DNA of 64,000 nt from Planctomycetota bacterium. Its GTDB lineage: Bacteria > Planctomycetota > SZUA-567 > H5-PLA8. Of the stretch, positions 19,085-28,434 are shown piece by piece. The position numbers and the translations under genes are program-made. Position 1 is the first letter of the stretch. Every line of letters begins with the position of its first letter. The notes under the pieces are model-generated. The model did not search any database. It was given only the letters and a program-made list of their open reading frames with translations, and was not told the origin of the DNA. Location of the stretch: positions 92,139-156,138 of the forward strand of contig JBBRPR010000016.1 of the NCBI GenBank assembly GCA_038227875.1. The letters run 5' to 3'.

Positions 19085-20293
19085 ATGCTGCTGCTCACCA
19101 TCCTGAAAGTCGCGTTGCGCAGCCTCTATGGGAACAAGCTCCGTTCATTCCTGGCGATGCTCGGCATCATCATCGGCGTCGGCGCGGTGATCTCGATGCT
19201 CGCCGTCGGCGCCGGCGCACAGCGCCAGGTGCTCGACCGCGTCACCGCGATGGGCACCAACCTGCTGATCGTCCGCCCCGGCAACAAGGGCATGGGCGGC
19301 GTGGTCTCCGGCGTGCAACAGAACCTGACGCTCGAAGACGCCGCCGCGATCGTCGCCGAAGTCGAACAGGTCCGCCAGATCGCGCCGGTCGTGGGCGGCT
19401 CGGCGCAGGTGAAATACCTGAGCAAAAATGCGCGCGTCAGCATCATCGGATCGGCGCCGCCCTACGTCGCCATGCGCAATTTCGAAGTCGAAAGAGGCCG
19501 CCCGTTCACCGAAGGCGAAGCCGACCGGCTCGCTCACGTCGCCGTGCTCGGTCCCACCACGGTCACCAATCTCTTCGGCGACAGCGAACCGCTGGGCGAA
19601 ACGATTAAGCTCAACGGCATCAACTTTCTCGTCATCGGCGTCTTGAAGGCCAAGGGCGACCAGGGCTTTTATAATCCCGACGACCAGATCATCATGCCTT
19701 ACTCCACGGCGATGAAACAGGTCTTCGGCGTCGACAAACTCCGCGAGATCGACATTGAAGGCCAGGACCAGGCCGACATCACGAAAATGCAGGACGACGT
19801 CACCTCGCTGCTCCGCAAGCGCCACCGCATCCAGGGCGCCAGCGCCAACGATTTCTTCGTCCAGAATCAGGCTGAATTGATCGAGACGGCGTCGAGCTTC
19901 GCGCGCATGTTCAATATTCTACTCGGCAGCGTCGCCGGAATTTCGCTGCTGGTCGGCGGCATCGGCATCATGAACGTGATGCTGGTCTCCGTCACCGAAC
20001 GCACGCGCGAGATCGGCGTGCGCAAAGCCATCGGCGCGCGCAACCGCGATATCCTCGGCCAATTCCTGATCGAAGCGCTGCTGATGAGCGGCGTGGGCGG
20101 CATGATCGGCGTGCTGATGGGTGTGGGCTTCGCCGAAATTCTTTCACCGGTCTTCGCCTTCACCACGATTGTGGAAACGTCGAGCATCCTGCTGGCCCTC
20201 TCGTTTTCCGCCGGCGTGGGAATTTTCTTCGGCTTTTACCCCGCGTACCGAGCCGCGTCGCTGAATCCCATTGAAGCGCTGCGCTACGAGTAG
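19085..20293 (+). CDS. MacB-type ABC permease (FtsX family)
   Basis: RSFLAMLGIIIGV, VGGIGIMNVMLVSVTERTREIGVRKAIGA, PIEALRYE. Confidence 0.95.
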   Translation: MLLLTILKVALRSLYGNKLRSFLAMLGIIIGVGAVISMLAVGAGAQRQVLDRVTAMGTNLLIVRPGNKGMGGVVSGVQQNLTLEDAAAIVAEVEQVRQIAPVVGGSAQVKYLSKNARVSIIGSAPPYVAMRNFEVERGRPFTEGEADRLAHVAVLGPTTVTNLFGDSEPLGETIKLNGINFLVIGVLKAKGDQGFYNPDDQIIMPYSTAMKQVFGVDKLREIDIEGQDQADITKMQDDVTSLLRKRHRIQGASANDFFVQNQAELIETASSFARMFNILLGSVAGISLLVGGIGIMNVMLVSVTERTREIGVRKAIGARNRDILGQFLIEALLMSGVGGMIGVLMGVGFAEILSPVFAFTTIVETSSILLALSFSAGVGIFFGFYPAYRAASLNPIEALRYE

Positions 20294-20300
20294 CAAAAGC

Positions 20301-20430
20301 ATTGCGGATTTCGGATTAGGTAAGCACATCAATCCGAGAATCCGACATGAACCACCCACATAACTGCGCGCACGGTATCAACATGTGTGTCACCCATTCC
20401 AATCCGAAGCCGCAATCCGAAATCCGCAAT
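20301..20430. repeat. Inverted pair of AATCCGC-family heptamer arrays
   Basis: attgcggatttcggatt (20301-20317) and aatccgaaatccgcaat (20414-20430) form a perfect 17-bp inverted repeat. Confidence 0.85.
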
Positions 20431-20493
20431 AGTTGCCCGTCAGAATTCCCATTTTTCCTGAAACCCCACGTCCACTCATCCGTTCAACACATC

Positions 20494-20976
20494 ATGAAGG
20501 CGATGCGCCACAAGGTTAGTCGCAAACGCACACGTGCAGCCGAGTCACAGCCGCTGACGTTGGGGTCGGCGTTTCTGGCTTTGATTGGTGCGGTTGTCTT
20601 TTTTCTCCTCTTGGGCGCGGCGGCCTCCAATAGAAATCATGCCGGCGGCGTCATCATTGGCGTGCTGGCGCTCCTGATCTCTGCCGTGATGTGCGCCTTT
20701 TGGTATCGCACGTATCAACAGCGCGGCATCACCACCAAGCCGCGCATCTCGTTCCGCGAAATCTACGTGCTCTATTTCGGTTTCAGCATCGAAGTCGGAC
20801 TGATCGTTCACACGATGGCCGGCACCACCGACGCCGGTTGCGCCGCCGCCGCGTTGTTCCTCCCCCCGATGCTGATCGGCATCATCGCCGGCATGGACGA
20901 CACGCCCAATGGCCGCGTCCTGGAACGCAAGGCGGTCATCAAGGCGAAGAAAGAACTCGCTCCGCCTGACGCGTAG
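20494..20976 (+). CDS. Hypothetical membrane protein (about 4 TM)
   Basis: Four hydrophobic segments. Start moved from 20347 because the upstream extension runs through repeat DNA. Confidence 0.65.
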   Translation: MKAMRHKVSRKRTRAAESQPLTLGSAFLALIGAVVFFLLLGAAASNRNHAGGVIIGVLALLISAVMCAFWYRTYQQRGITTKPRISFREIYVLYFGFSIEVGLIVHTMAGTTDAGCAAAALFLPPMLIGIIAGMDDTPNGRVLERKAVIKAKKELAPPDA

Positions 20977-21068
20977 TACGAATCATTTTCGATTTTCAAC
21001 GGAACGAAATGGAAAATGCCTGTCCCGCCGTTGGAGTCCCCTCAAATCCTTGCTATACTCCCAGTCCT

Positions 21069-21971
21069 ATGGCTTCCACGCTGCGCGCTCACCGCTACTT
21101 CGAACCCGGCGCCCTCTCTCTGGCCGTCCTGCAGGGTAACCACGGCGACGGGGGCGTCGACGAGCACGCGCACGACTTCATCGAACTGGTCTTGTTCGCC
21201 GAAGGCTCGACGATCCACGAATACGCCGGGAAGCGCTACGAACTGACGCCTGGCGACGTCTTCATCATCCACCCCGGCGAACCCCACGCGTACACCGACG
21301 GCCGCAACGTGAAGCTCTGGAACTGCATCTTCCTCCCCGAAGTGGTGATGCCCGATCTCGAATACCTCAAGCGCATGGACGGTTTCTTCGACATGGTCAT
21401 GGTTGAACCGTTCTTCCGCAGCGAAGCCGGGATGCGCAACAAGCTCCACCTCGATGCGCCCACCCGCATCCGCGTTGAAGAACTGCTCACCGAGATGCGC
21501 CTGGAACTGGAGAAGAAAACGCCCGGCTACGAAGCCTCCGCGCGCGCGATGCTGATCCAGCTCCTCGTGTACGTCGCGCGTTTCCGGGCGAAGCTCAACA
21601 GCGAAGCGAAGGACGCCGACGGCGAAGAACTCAGCGGCAAGCGCTCGCTGATCCGCGATTGCATCCGCTACATCGAAGAGCATTATCCCGAGGAAATCCG
21701 GCTCGACAATCTCGCCGACCGCGCGTATTTGAGCCCCGAATACTTTTCGAAAGTCTTCAAGCGCCTGACTTCGCAGACGCCGATCGAATTCATCAACAAC
21801 GTCCGCCTGGAAAAAGCCAAGAACCTGCTGGCCAGTTCGTCGCTCCCGGTGACTGACATCGCCTACCGCACCGGCTTCCACGATTCGAATTACTTCGCGC
21901 GCCAGTTCAAAAAAACAACAGGCCTCACCCCCGGCGATTACCGCAAGCGCGCCGCCGCGGGATATCTGTAG
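21069..21971 (+). CDS. AraC-family regulator (cupin + HTH, RhaR/RhaS-like)
   Basis: HAHDFIEL cupin; LSPEYFSKVFK; GFHDSNYFARQFKK. TTGGAG-17-TATACT promoter ends 9 nt before this ATG. Confidence 0.92.
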   Translation: MASTLRAHRYFEPGALSLAVLQGNHGDGGVDEHAHDFIELVLFAEGSTIHEYAGKRYELTPGDVFIIHPGEPHAYTDGRNVKLWNCIFLPEVVMPDLEYLKRMDGFFDMVMVEPFFRSEAGMRNKLHLDAPTRIRVEELLTEMRLELEKKTPGYEASARAMLIQLLVYVARFRAKLNSEAKDADGEELSGKRSLIRDCIRYIEEHYPEEIRLDNLADRAYLSPEYFSKVFKRLTSQTPIEFINNVRLEKAKNLLASSSLPVTDIAYRTGFHDSNYFARQFKKTTGLTPGDYRKRAAAGYL

Positions 21972-22007
21972 CCCAACGTTTGCAGGCGTCCCGCCTGCAA
22001 TAGTTGG

Positions 22008-22709
22008 TCACGGATTGGCCGGCGGCGTCGTCACGCGGTTGTACTCCACGACCAGCACCAGATTGTCGCTGCGCCGCGTCCCGGTACCGACGAGCTTGTC
22101 CTTGGAGACGGGCTTCAGCTGCATGTCGAATTCATAGCCGGGATTGAACGTCTCGTGGACATGCAGCTCGCCGTTTTTGACTTCGATGGAATCGAAAAGA
22201 TACTGCTTGTCCTTGTTGTAGTCCGTCACGCGCATGGTCAGCCGGCCGTCGGGCTGAATTTCGACGCGGTAGTAGCACTTGTAGCTGATCGACTCCTTGG
22301 TTTCTTCCCATTCGCCGGTGAAATCAAAGCGTGTCGCATCGATGGCGCTCAAGAGCCTCTCGACGCGTTCGCGCACTTCCTCCGACGGCGGATGAGCGCG
22401 GATTTTCCGCAGCGTCGTCTCCGCGCACAGTCCCATGCGCGCCAGTCCGGCACTGCCGGCTTCGCGGGTGGTGAAGTCGTCGGAATCGAGCTTCAACAGC
22501 AGCGCATCGATCTTCTGCTGCTCGTCGGGCGACGCCTCCACGATCTTGATTTCCGGCAGCGTTTTGGCTTCAGGATTTTCAGGCGTTTTGTGATCGGTGT
22601 TGACGACCGGCGCGTTCTTCCCGCCCGGGTCAACAGGCTGCTCCGCGCGAGCCAAACCACCAAGCGCGAGGGCAAAAATCGGGATAACCAGCCAGGCGCG
22701 TGATCCCAT
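22008..22709 (-). CDS. Secreted hypothetical protein (helical motif + beta domain)
   Basis: Signal peptide; LDSDDFTTREAGSAGLARMG motif shared with 3337-4248. Confidence 0.7.
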   Translation of the reverse strand: MGSRAWLVIPIFALALGGLARAEQPVDPGGKNAPVVNTDHKTPENPEAKTLPEIKIVEASPDEQQKIDALLLKLDSDDFTTREAGSAGLARMGLCAETTLRKIRAHPPSEEVRERVERLLSAIDATRFDFTGEWEETKESISYKCYYRVEIQPDGRLTMRVTDYNKDKQYLFDSIEVKNGELHVHETFNPGYEFDMQLKPVSKDKLVGTGTRRSDNLVLVVEYNRVTTPPANP

Positions 22710-22878
22710 GGCCAAAAAGTCTAACGCGCTTCAGGTGTGAGTAAACAGTTCTGTTTGCAGAAGAAGCCGGCGCTTAGCACCCCCTCTGAAATCGCTCATG
22801 GTAAAGATTGACGGCACAGTGACAATCGCTACGATTTCAAAGACTTCATTAGCGCACCCAAATTGACACACGGAGACT

Positions 22879-25800
22879 ATGATGAGCCACAGCCGCCGCG
22901 GCATCCGGTCGCATTTTGTCGTGTTCGCACTGACGGTTCTCTGCGGCCTGTTGGGCGCTCAAAAATGCCACGCGCAAGCCTACACCTGGAACGTTAGTGG
23001 TACGGCTTCATGGACGACTCCCACCAACTGGCTGCCCAATGGTGTTCCCGGGACGTCGATTACGGACACCGTCACCATTTCCAGTGGCACGCCACAGCTG
23101 ACGACCAACGAGACGATACAATCGCTCACGGTTGCCGGCACCGTCGATATCAGCGGCGGAGCAATCCTCACCACGACCAACGCCACGATTCAAAATGGAG
23201 GGCAGTTGAACAACTCCGGCACACTTGTAGTCAGCGGCGCGATGACCACGGACTCCTCCTCGACAACGGTGATAAATACTGTTTTAAATGTGCTCGCCGG
23301 CGCCACGGTTACGGTGAACAGCGGAACGCTGGACTTGCATCAGGGTCTTAACAACGGAACCATTACGGCCACCGCGGGCACATCTGTTCATGTCACGCCC
23401 ATCAATACGTACACGAACGGAACGGGCGTGTTTGTCGGAACCTTGACCGTGGACGGCATGCTGCAATTCAACTCGCCCGTCAGCATGGCGCCGTTGATCA
23501 CATTGAATAATCTCGGGACGCTGAGCGGCACCGTGCTGGTCACGATCACTACAGGCGGATCACTGACGACCACAGGCAACGTGAACGTGCCGATGCTGTT
23601 CAATTCTGGCGCGACGCTTTCCATGTCGGCCAACCCGGTTTTCAACTCCAATGTAACCTGCAACGGGACCGGTTCGGTCAATGGCGTATCGACGCTGACG
23701 ATCAACGGCGGAGCCACGCTCGACTTTGGCGGGACCACGTCGATCAACGCCAACAGTGGAGCGATGACAATCACGGGCGCCGGAACATTCAGTAATAGCG
23801 GCACCATGACCAACATCACCAACACGATCAATATTGCCTGCAACGCCACGAATTCCGGAACCATGATGAACAACGTCGGCAGCACAACGTCGATTAATGT
23901 CAGCAGTACATTCACGAATAGTGGCTCGATTCAGACGCTCAATTCCGGCGCGGCAGTGGTGATCGTGTCCACCGGAACAATGACGGTGGCAGGGGGAGGA
24001 GGTTTTTCCGGCGGTCTGGTGGTGGTCTACGGCACTCTGACCGTCAATACCACGCTGGCGATTCCGGGGACGTTGCTGGTCGGATATTCGACGAACTTCG
24101 GCGGCTCGGGCAACGGCACTGTTAATGGCACGGGCGCGATTAATATCACCGGCACGATGACCGTCAGCGGCAACGCCGGTTCCGTGCTGTCGATTGCGGT
24201 GCCGATCACGACCACCGCGCCCGGAGTGTTCAACCTCAGCAACGTTGCACTCACGCAATCGGCCGACATCATCAACAACAGCACCGTTACTCTCACCGGA
24301 TCATCTGCGATCATGACGTTTGGCGGAACGCTGTCGGGGAACGGCACGGTGAACCTGACCAGCGGCCCGCAAATAAAAGGTACCGGCAGCATCTCGAGTG
24401 CCTGTGCGTTCAGTCTTAGCGGCGGCGGCGCGGGGATCATCAGTGTTCCCGCTACAATCGATTCCATGTCGACCGCGTTCGGTACGAGCTTGCAGATCGA
24501 CTCGAGTCTCGCGTGTGCGAATTCGTTCAGCTACAACACCAACTCTGCCATGGTCATCAATTCGCCTGCAACGCTGACGCTGCAAGGTACATCAACGATG
24601 AATACCGGCACGATCAACGGCAGCGGAACGCTCGCGGTGGCCTCTACGGGAACGCTTTCGTTCACCGGCATCGGAACTCAGACGATCAATCCGACCGTAA
24701 ACGTGGCTGGAGCGCTGAGTCTTAACAATTCAGCCGGCAACACCACGATCCCCAATTTAATCAACACTGGTACGGTTACGGTTACGCAGGGGCAGACGAA
24801 TGTAACCAATGGCAGCAGCACGGCCCCGGGAATGCTGGTAACCAATGGAGCCGCCGTGCTGAAGATCCTGAACAACACGAATTTTGCGAACTCTGGAGCA
24901 ATGTCGGGCACGTTCGTCGTCGCGGGACAGGTGACGCAGAGCGGCGCACTAACCATTCCCGGTTCGCTGCAGATGGGAGACGGTGCGACCCTGGGACATT
25001 TCGCTGGCAGCGGCAGCATCTCGATCACTGGAACTCTGACGGACACCTCGGTGTCTGGTTCCGTGTTCGATATTTCCGCGACAGTCGGCTCCGCCGGTAC
25101 GATGAATCTGACGGACAACGGCATTGAATTTAAGAATGGTCTCACCAACAACGGTATAACCACGTTGACTCTGAGCGGCCTGAACGTGCTGAAAATCACG
25201 GGCTCGACGTTTACCAACAATGGGACGTTAAACCTTCAGGGAAACATTTCCGGGACGGGCAATGTGAGCAACGCCGCCGCGGGCACGATCACGGTGACGG
25301 CGTCCCAGAGCATCACCTGCCCCGTCGCCAATGCCGGCAACGTCACGCTTCAAAGCGGAGTCACGCTGGCCTGCAGCGGCGGCTATGTGCAAAGCGCCGG
25401 GACCTCGCAGATCACGCTCGGCGGTCTCACGAGCAACACGACGCTCAACGGAGGAAATCTGAAGCTCTCGCAAAACTGCACGCTTACCGGTTCGCTGACG
25501 AACACCGGCGGCGCGATCTCGTTCCTCTCGCGCGGCAAACTCGCAATCACCACGAATTACACGCAGGGTTCAGCCGGGTCGTTCGCGACTACAATTTCCG
25601 GAACCGCAGTGGGAAATTTTGATCAACTCGTCGTCACTGGCTCCGCGACGCTCAACGGTGCGCTCAACGTCTCCCTTAGCGCGTATGCGCCAGTGCCCTC
25701 TGATACGTTCGCCGTGATCACCAGCGCCGGCGTCACGAGCACCTTTACCTCGTATTCGCCGGGCACCTCGAACCTGACGCCCTCCTACAGCGGCACGGCA

Positions 25801-27495
25801 GTCACGCTGATCAACACCGTCATTCCCAATCCGGTGCCGACCTCCACGACGCTCAGTCCCGCCTCCGTCGTGGCAGGATCCAGTGCGTTCGTGCTGCTGG
25901 TGAACGGATCGAATTTTCTGAACAGTTCGTCGGTGCTTTTCAACGGTACCGGCCGCCCGACCCTGTTCATCTCCTCCACACTGCTGGGCGCGGCGATTTC
26001 AACGTCGGATATTTCATCCGTGGGCTCGGCCAGCATAACTGTCACTAACCCCGCGCCGGGCGGCGGAACGGCTGCGGCGTTGACGCTAACCATCTCGCCT
26101 CCGGCGCCGGCCGTGATCACCAGCGCGCTGACGGCCAGCGGCTTCGTCAACCAGACTTTTGCTTACGTGATTTCCGCCACGGGCAATCCTCCACCGACGT
26201 ATTCCGCCACCGGTTTGCCGGCGGGATTGAGCCTGAATGGCTCCACGATCGTCGGCACGCCCAGCGGCACGGGCACGACGAGCGTCATGATTACGGCGGC
26301 GAACGTGCACGGCACCGACAGCAAAACGCTGGTGATCACCATCGGCACGGCCGTATCCAACCCGCTGGTGGCAGGCAGCGTCGATGTGCTCCCCAATCCC
26401 GGTCGCGCGGGCGCGCCGATTACATTCACCGCCAACACCACCGGCGGCGCGGGACCGCTGACCTTCGCGTGGGACTTCGGTGACGGTACGGCGCCTGGGA
26501 GCGGTAATCCCGTCACGCATATCTACAATGTTTTTGCCGATTCGGCGTTCACGGTGAAAGTGTCCGTGGGGGACGGCACGGTCAACGTCGCGTCTTCGGT
26601 CAATCTCTCCGTGCTCGCGCCAAATTCTGGAGCTGACGGCGTCCTGAACGCCTCCGACGGAAAGCCTGCCGTGGCCAATCCGCTCACGGGAATTTCACAG
26701 CAGGTCACTGGCAGCAATGGCGGCGTGATCCAACTGGCGATCGACGTCTCCGCGCTCAACCGCGCGGGCTTCGATGTCAGCACCGACTTCCCTGAAACCA
26801 TTGCCGGCCGCTCGTCGACGGTCGCCGGCATCGTGGCGGTCCATAAATATGTGGAGAACGGCGTCTACGTGGCGACCAGCACCGCGACGCCCACGGGCAG
26901 TACAACCGTCTCCGGAAAATCGCGCAAAACTCTCACCGTCAGCGCGCAGGAGACTGGCGAGACCGTGGCCTTCAGCGCCCTGCCGTCCAGTCGCGCGATT
27001 CAGACCAGCCAGTTGAAGGGCAAGTTCGTTTTCAGCGGCAAGACCGCCGCAGACTCGGTGACTTTCGGAGGGACGCTCGAACTGCCCGCTGGACTGGACC
27101 TTTCGAAAAAGCAGGTACTGAACTTTGCGATCGGCAACATCGTCGACACGGTCTCCGTCGACGGCAAAGGAAAAGGTGCGGCACCCGGCGCGAATAAACG
27201 CATCACCAAGCTTCAACTCAAATACCCCAAGCTGGCCGCCGGGGCGCTCACGACCGCCGGACAGAAGGTGACCCTGAGCGCGACGGTAAGCGGCACCGCG
27301 CTTTCCGCGGCGGGATTCGACACCGAAGGCATTGCTGCTGGCGCGAAGGACGCCGCCACGAAAACGGGCGCCAGCCGCAGCATTCAGGTCGCGGTCGTTT
27401 TCGCAGGAGTCAGCTACGAAGCACTGGCGCCGGCGACGTTCAAACTCGCCACGAACGGATCGAGCGGCCAGATCGCCGGACGCAGCGGACTGTAG
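22879..27495 (+). CDS. Large secreted surface protein: beta-helix passenger-like repeats, IPT/TIG, He_PIG Ig, PKD and an unknown C-terminal domain
   Basis: Signal peptide; G/T/N/S-rich repeats; NPVP..LSP...NGSNF (TIG); YSATGLPAGLS (He_PIG); FAWDFGDG (PKD). Confidence 0.85.
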   Translation: MMSHSRRGIRSHFVVFALTVLCGLLGAQKCHAQAYTWNVSGTASWTTPTNWLPNGVPGTSITDTVTISSGTPQLTTNETIQSLTVAGTVDISGGAILTTTNATIQNGGQLNNSGTLVVSGAMTTDSSSTTVINTVLNVLAGATVTVNSGTLDLHQGLNNGTITATAGTSVHVTPINTYTNGTGVFVGTLTVDGMLQFNSPVSMAPLITLNNLGTLSGTVLVTITTGGSLTTTGNVNVPMLFNSGATLSMSANPVFNSNVTCNGTGSVNGVSTLTINGGATLDFGGTTSINANSGAMTITGAGTFSNSGTMTNITNTINIACNATNSGTMMNNVGSTTSINVSSTFTNSGSIQTLNSGAAVVIVSTGTMTVAGGGGFSGGLVVVYGTLTVNTTLAIPGTLLVGYSTNFGGSGNGTVNGTGAINITGTMTVSGNAGSVLSIAVPITTTAPGVFNLSNVALTQSADIINNSTVTLTGSSAIMTFGGTLSGNGTVNLTSGPQIKGTGSISSACAFSLSGGGAGIISVPATIDSMSTAFGTSLQIDSSLACANSFSYNTNSAMVINSPATLTLQGTSTMNTGTINGSGTLAVASTGTLSFTGIGTQTINPTVNVAGALSLNNSAGNTTIPNLINTGTVTVTQGQTNVTNGSSTAPGMLVTNGAAVLKILNNTNFANSGAMSGTFVVAGQVTQSGALTIPGSLQMGDGATLGHFAGSGSISITGTLTDTSVSGSVFDISATVGSAGTMNLTDNGIEFKNGLTNNGITTLTLSGLNVLKITGSTFTNNGTLNLQGNISGTGNVSNAAAGTITVTASQSITCPVANAGNVTLQSGVTLACSGGYVQSAGTSQITLGGLTSNTTLNGGNLKLSQNCTLTGSLTNTGGAISFLSRGKLAITTNYTQGSAGSFATTISGTAVGNFDQLVVTGSATLNGALNVSLSAYAPVPSDTFAVITSAGVTSTFTSYSPGTSNLTPSYSGTAVTLINTVIPNPVPTSTTLSPASVVAGSSAFVLLVNGSNFLNSSSVLFNGTGRPTLFISSTLLGAAISTSDISSVGSASITVTNPAPGGGTAAALTLTISPPAPAVITSALTASGFVNQTFAYVISATGNPPPTYSATGLPAGLSLNGSTIVGTPSGTGTTSVMITAANVHGTDSKTLVITIGTAVSNPLVAGSVDVLPNPGRAGAPITFTANTTGGAGPLTFAWDFGDGTAPGSGNPVTHIYNVFADSAFTVKVSVGDGTVNVASSVNLSVLAPNSGADGVLNASDGKPAVANPLTGISQQVTGSNGGVIQLAIDVSALNRAGFDVSTDFPETIAGRSSTVAGIVAVHKYVENGVYVATSTATPTGSTTVSGKSRKTLTVSAQETGETVAFSALPSSRAIQTSQLKGKFVFSGKTAADSVTFGGTLELPAGLDLSKKQVLNFAIGNIVDTVSVDGKGKGAAPGANKRITKLQLKYPKLAAGALTTAGQKVTLSATVSGTALSAAGFDTEGIAAGAKDAATKTGASRSIQVAVVFAGVSYEALAPATFKLATNGSSGQIAGRSGL

Positions 27496-27636
27496 TCGCG
27501 GGCTGTGGCATTGGGCAAAAGCCAGTCAGGGGACTTGCTCGACGCGAGTGGGCCGAGCGACGGCGCACGCAACGTTATGCAATATGAAATCCGCAATGAA
27601 TTGCCCGCCGCGCCTCGACCCCGTAAACTCGCGTCC

Positions 27637-28434
27637 ATGAACGTCCTCCGAATCTGCACCCTCGCGCTCCTTCTCGCCGGTCTGGTCCGCGCCGAAGAAC
27701 CTGTCGCCGTCAACGCCTACTTCTCCAAAGACGACACACACTGGCCCGCCGTTGAAAAGACCCTCGATGCCGCCGCTGCGAAGTACCCGCGGCTGCGGCT
27801 CAGCAAGATCGATATCGATACGCCCGTCGGATACAAGCTGCTCCGCGCGCTGGAATCGCTCAACGACACCCAAACCGGCGACCTGACCGTCACCGTCGAA
27901 CACGTGACGCTGACCAGCAAAGGCGAGCGGCGCGATGTCGAGACCTACCTGCCGTCGGCCATTGAGCGAGCGCTCGGGTTGGCGGGGATCAAAGGCAAGA
28001 AGCCGGCCGATGCCGCGGCCTACGCCGCGGAAATTTTCGGCGCAGGCGCGACGGCGACACCGGACGGCGCGGCGGACCCGGATCGCGATGACGCCTTCTT
28101 CCGCGTGAAATTGAACGGGCAGATCGCAGGGTGGGTGGTTAACGCGTACCGCAAAATCGAGTGCCCCGTCTGCAGCGACGCGCAATTCCTGATCGCGGTG
28201 AAATCCCCGACGCTCACGATCGTCGACATGCGACCGGTGCGCGAGCTGGAAATCCGCGGTGTCAAGGCCGACGACGCTGTGACGCGCCCGTTCCTGGCGC
28301 AGGTTAAAGGCCGCGCCGCCAGCGACGGCGAGAAGCGTATCGACGTGCTCTCCGGCGCGACCAAGACCACCACCGCCTACCAGATCGCGATCAATGAAGT
28401 GCTCCAGGAATTGCAGAAGCGGGAGAAGCAATGA
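27637..28434 (+). CDS. Secreted protein with FMN-binding (flavinylation) motif and CxxC
   Basis: Signal peptide; CPVC; C-terminal IDVLSGATKTT matches the ApbE target motif DxxSGAT. Confidence 0.75.
   Translation: MNVLRICTLALLLAGLVRAEEPVAVNAYFSKDDTHWPAVEKTLDAAAAKYPRLRLSKIDIDTPVGYKLLRALESLNDTQTGDLTVTVEHVTLTSKGERRDVETYLPSAIERALGLAGIKGKKPADAAAYAAEIFGAGATATPDGAADPDRDDAFFRVKLNGQIAGWVVNAYRKIECPVCSDAQFLIAVKSPTLTIVDMRPVRELEIRGVKADDAVTRPFLAQVKGRAASDGEKRIDVLSGATKTTTAYQIAINEVLQELQKREKQ

Noticed and set aside
20347..20493. N-terminal extension of the 209-aa ORF
   Set aside because: It runs through the AATCCGC repeat element (NPKPQSEIRN); the later ATG is more plausible.
8811..21999. Short GTAG/CGTC-type hairpins (about 8811, 12683, 21981) as specific regulators
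   Set aside because: They look like ordinary dispersed REP-type repeats.
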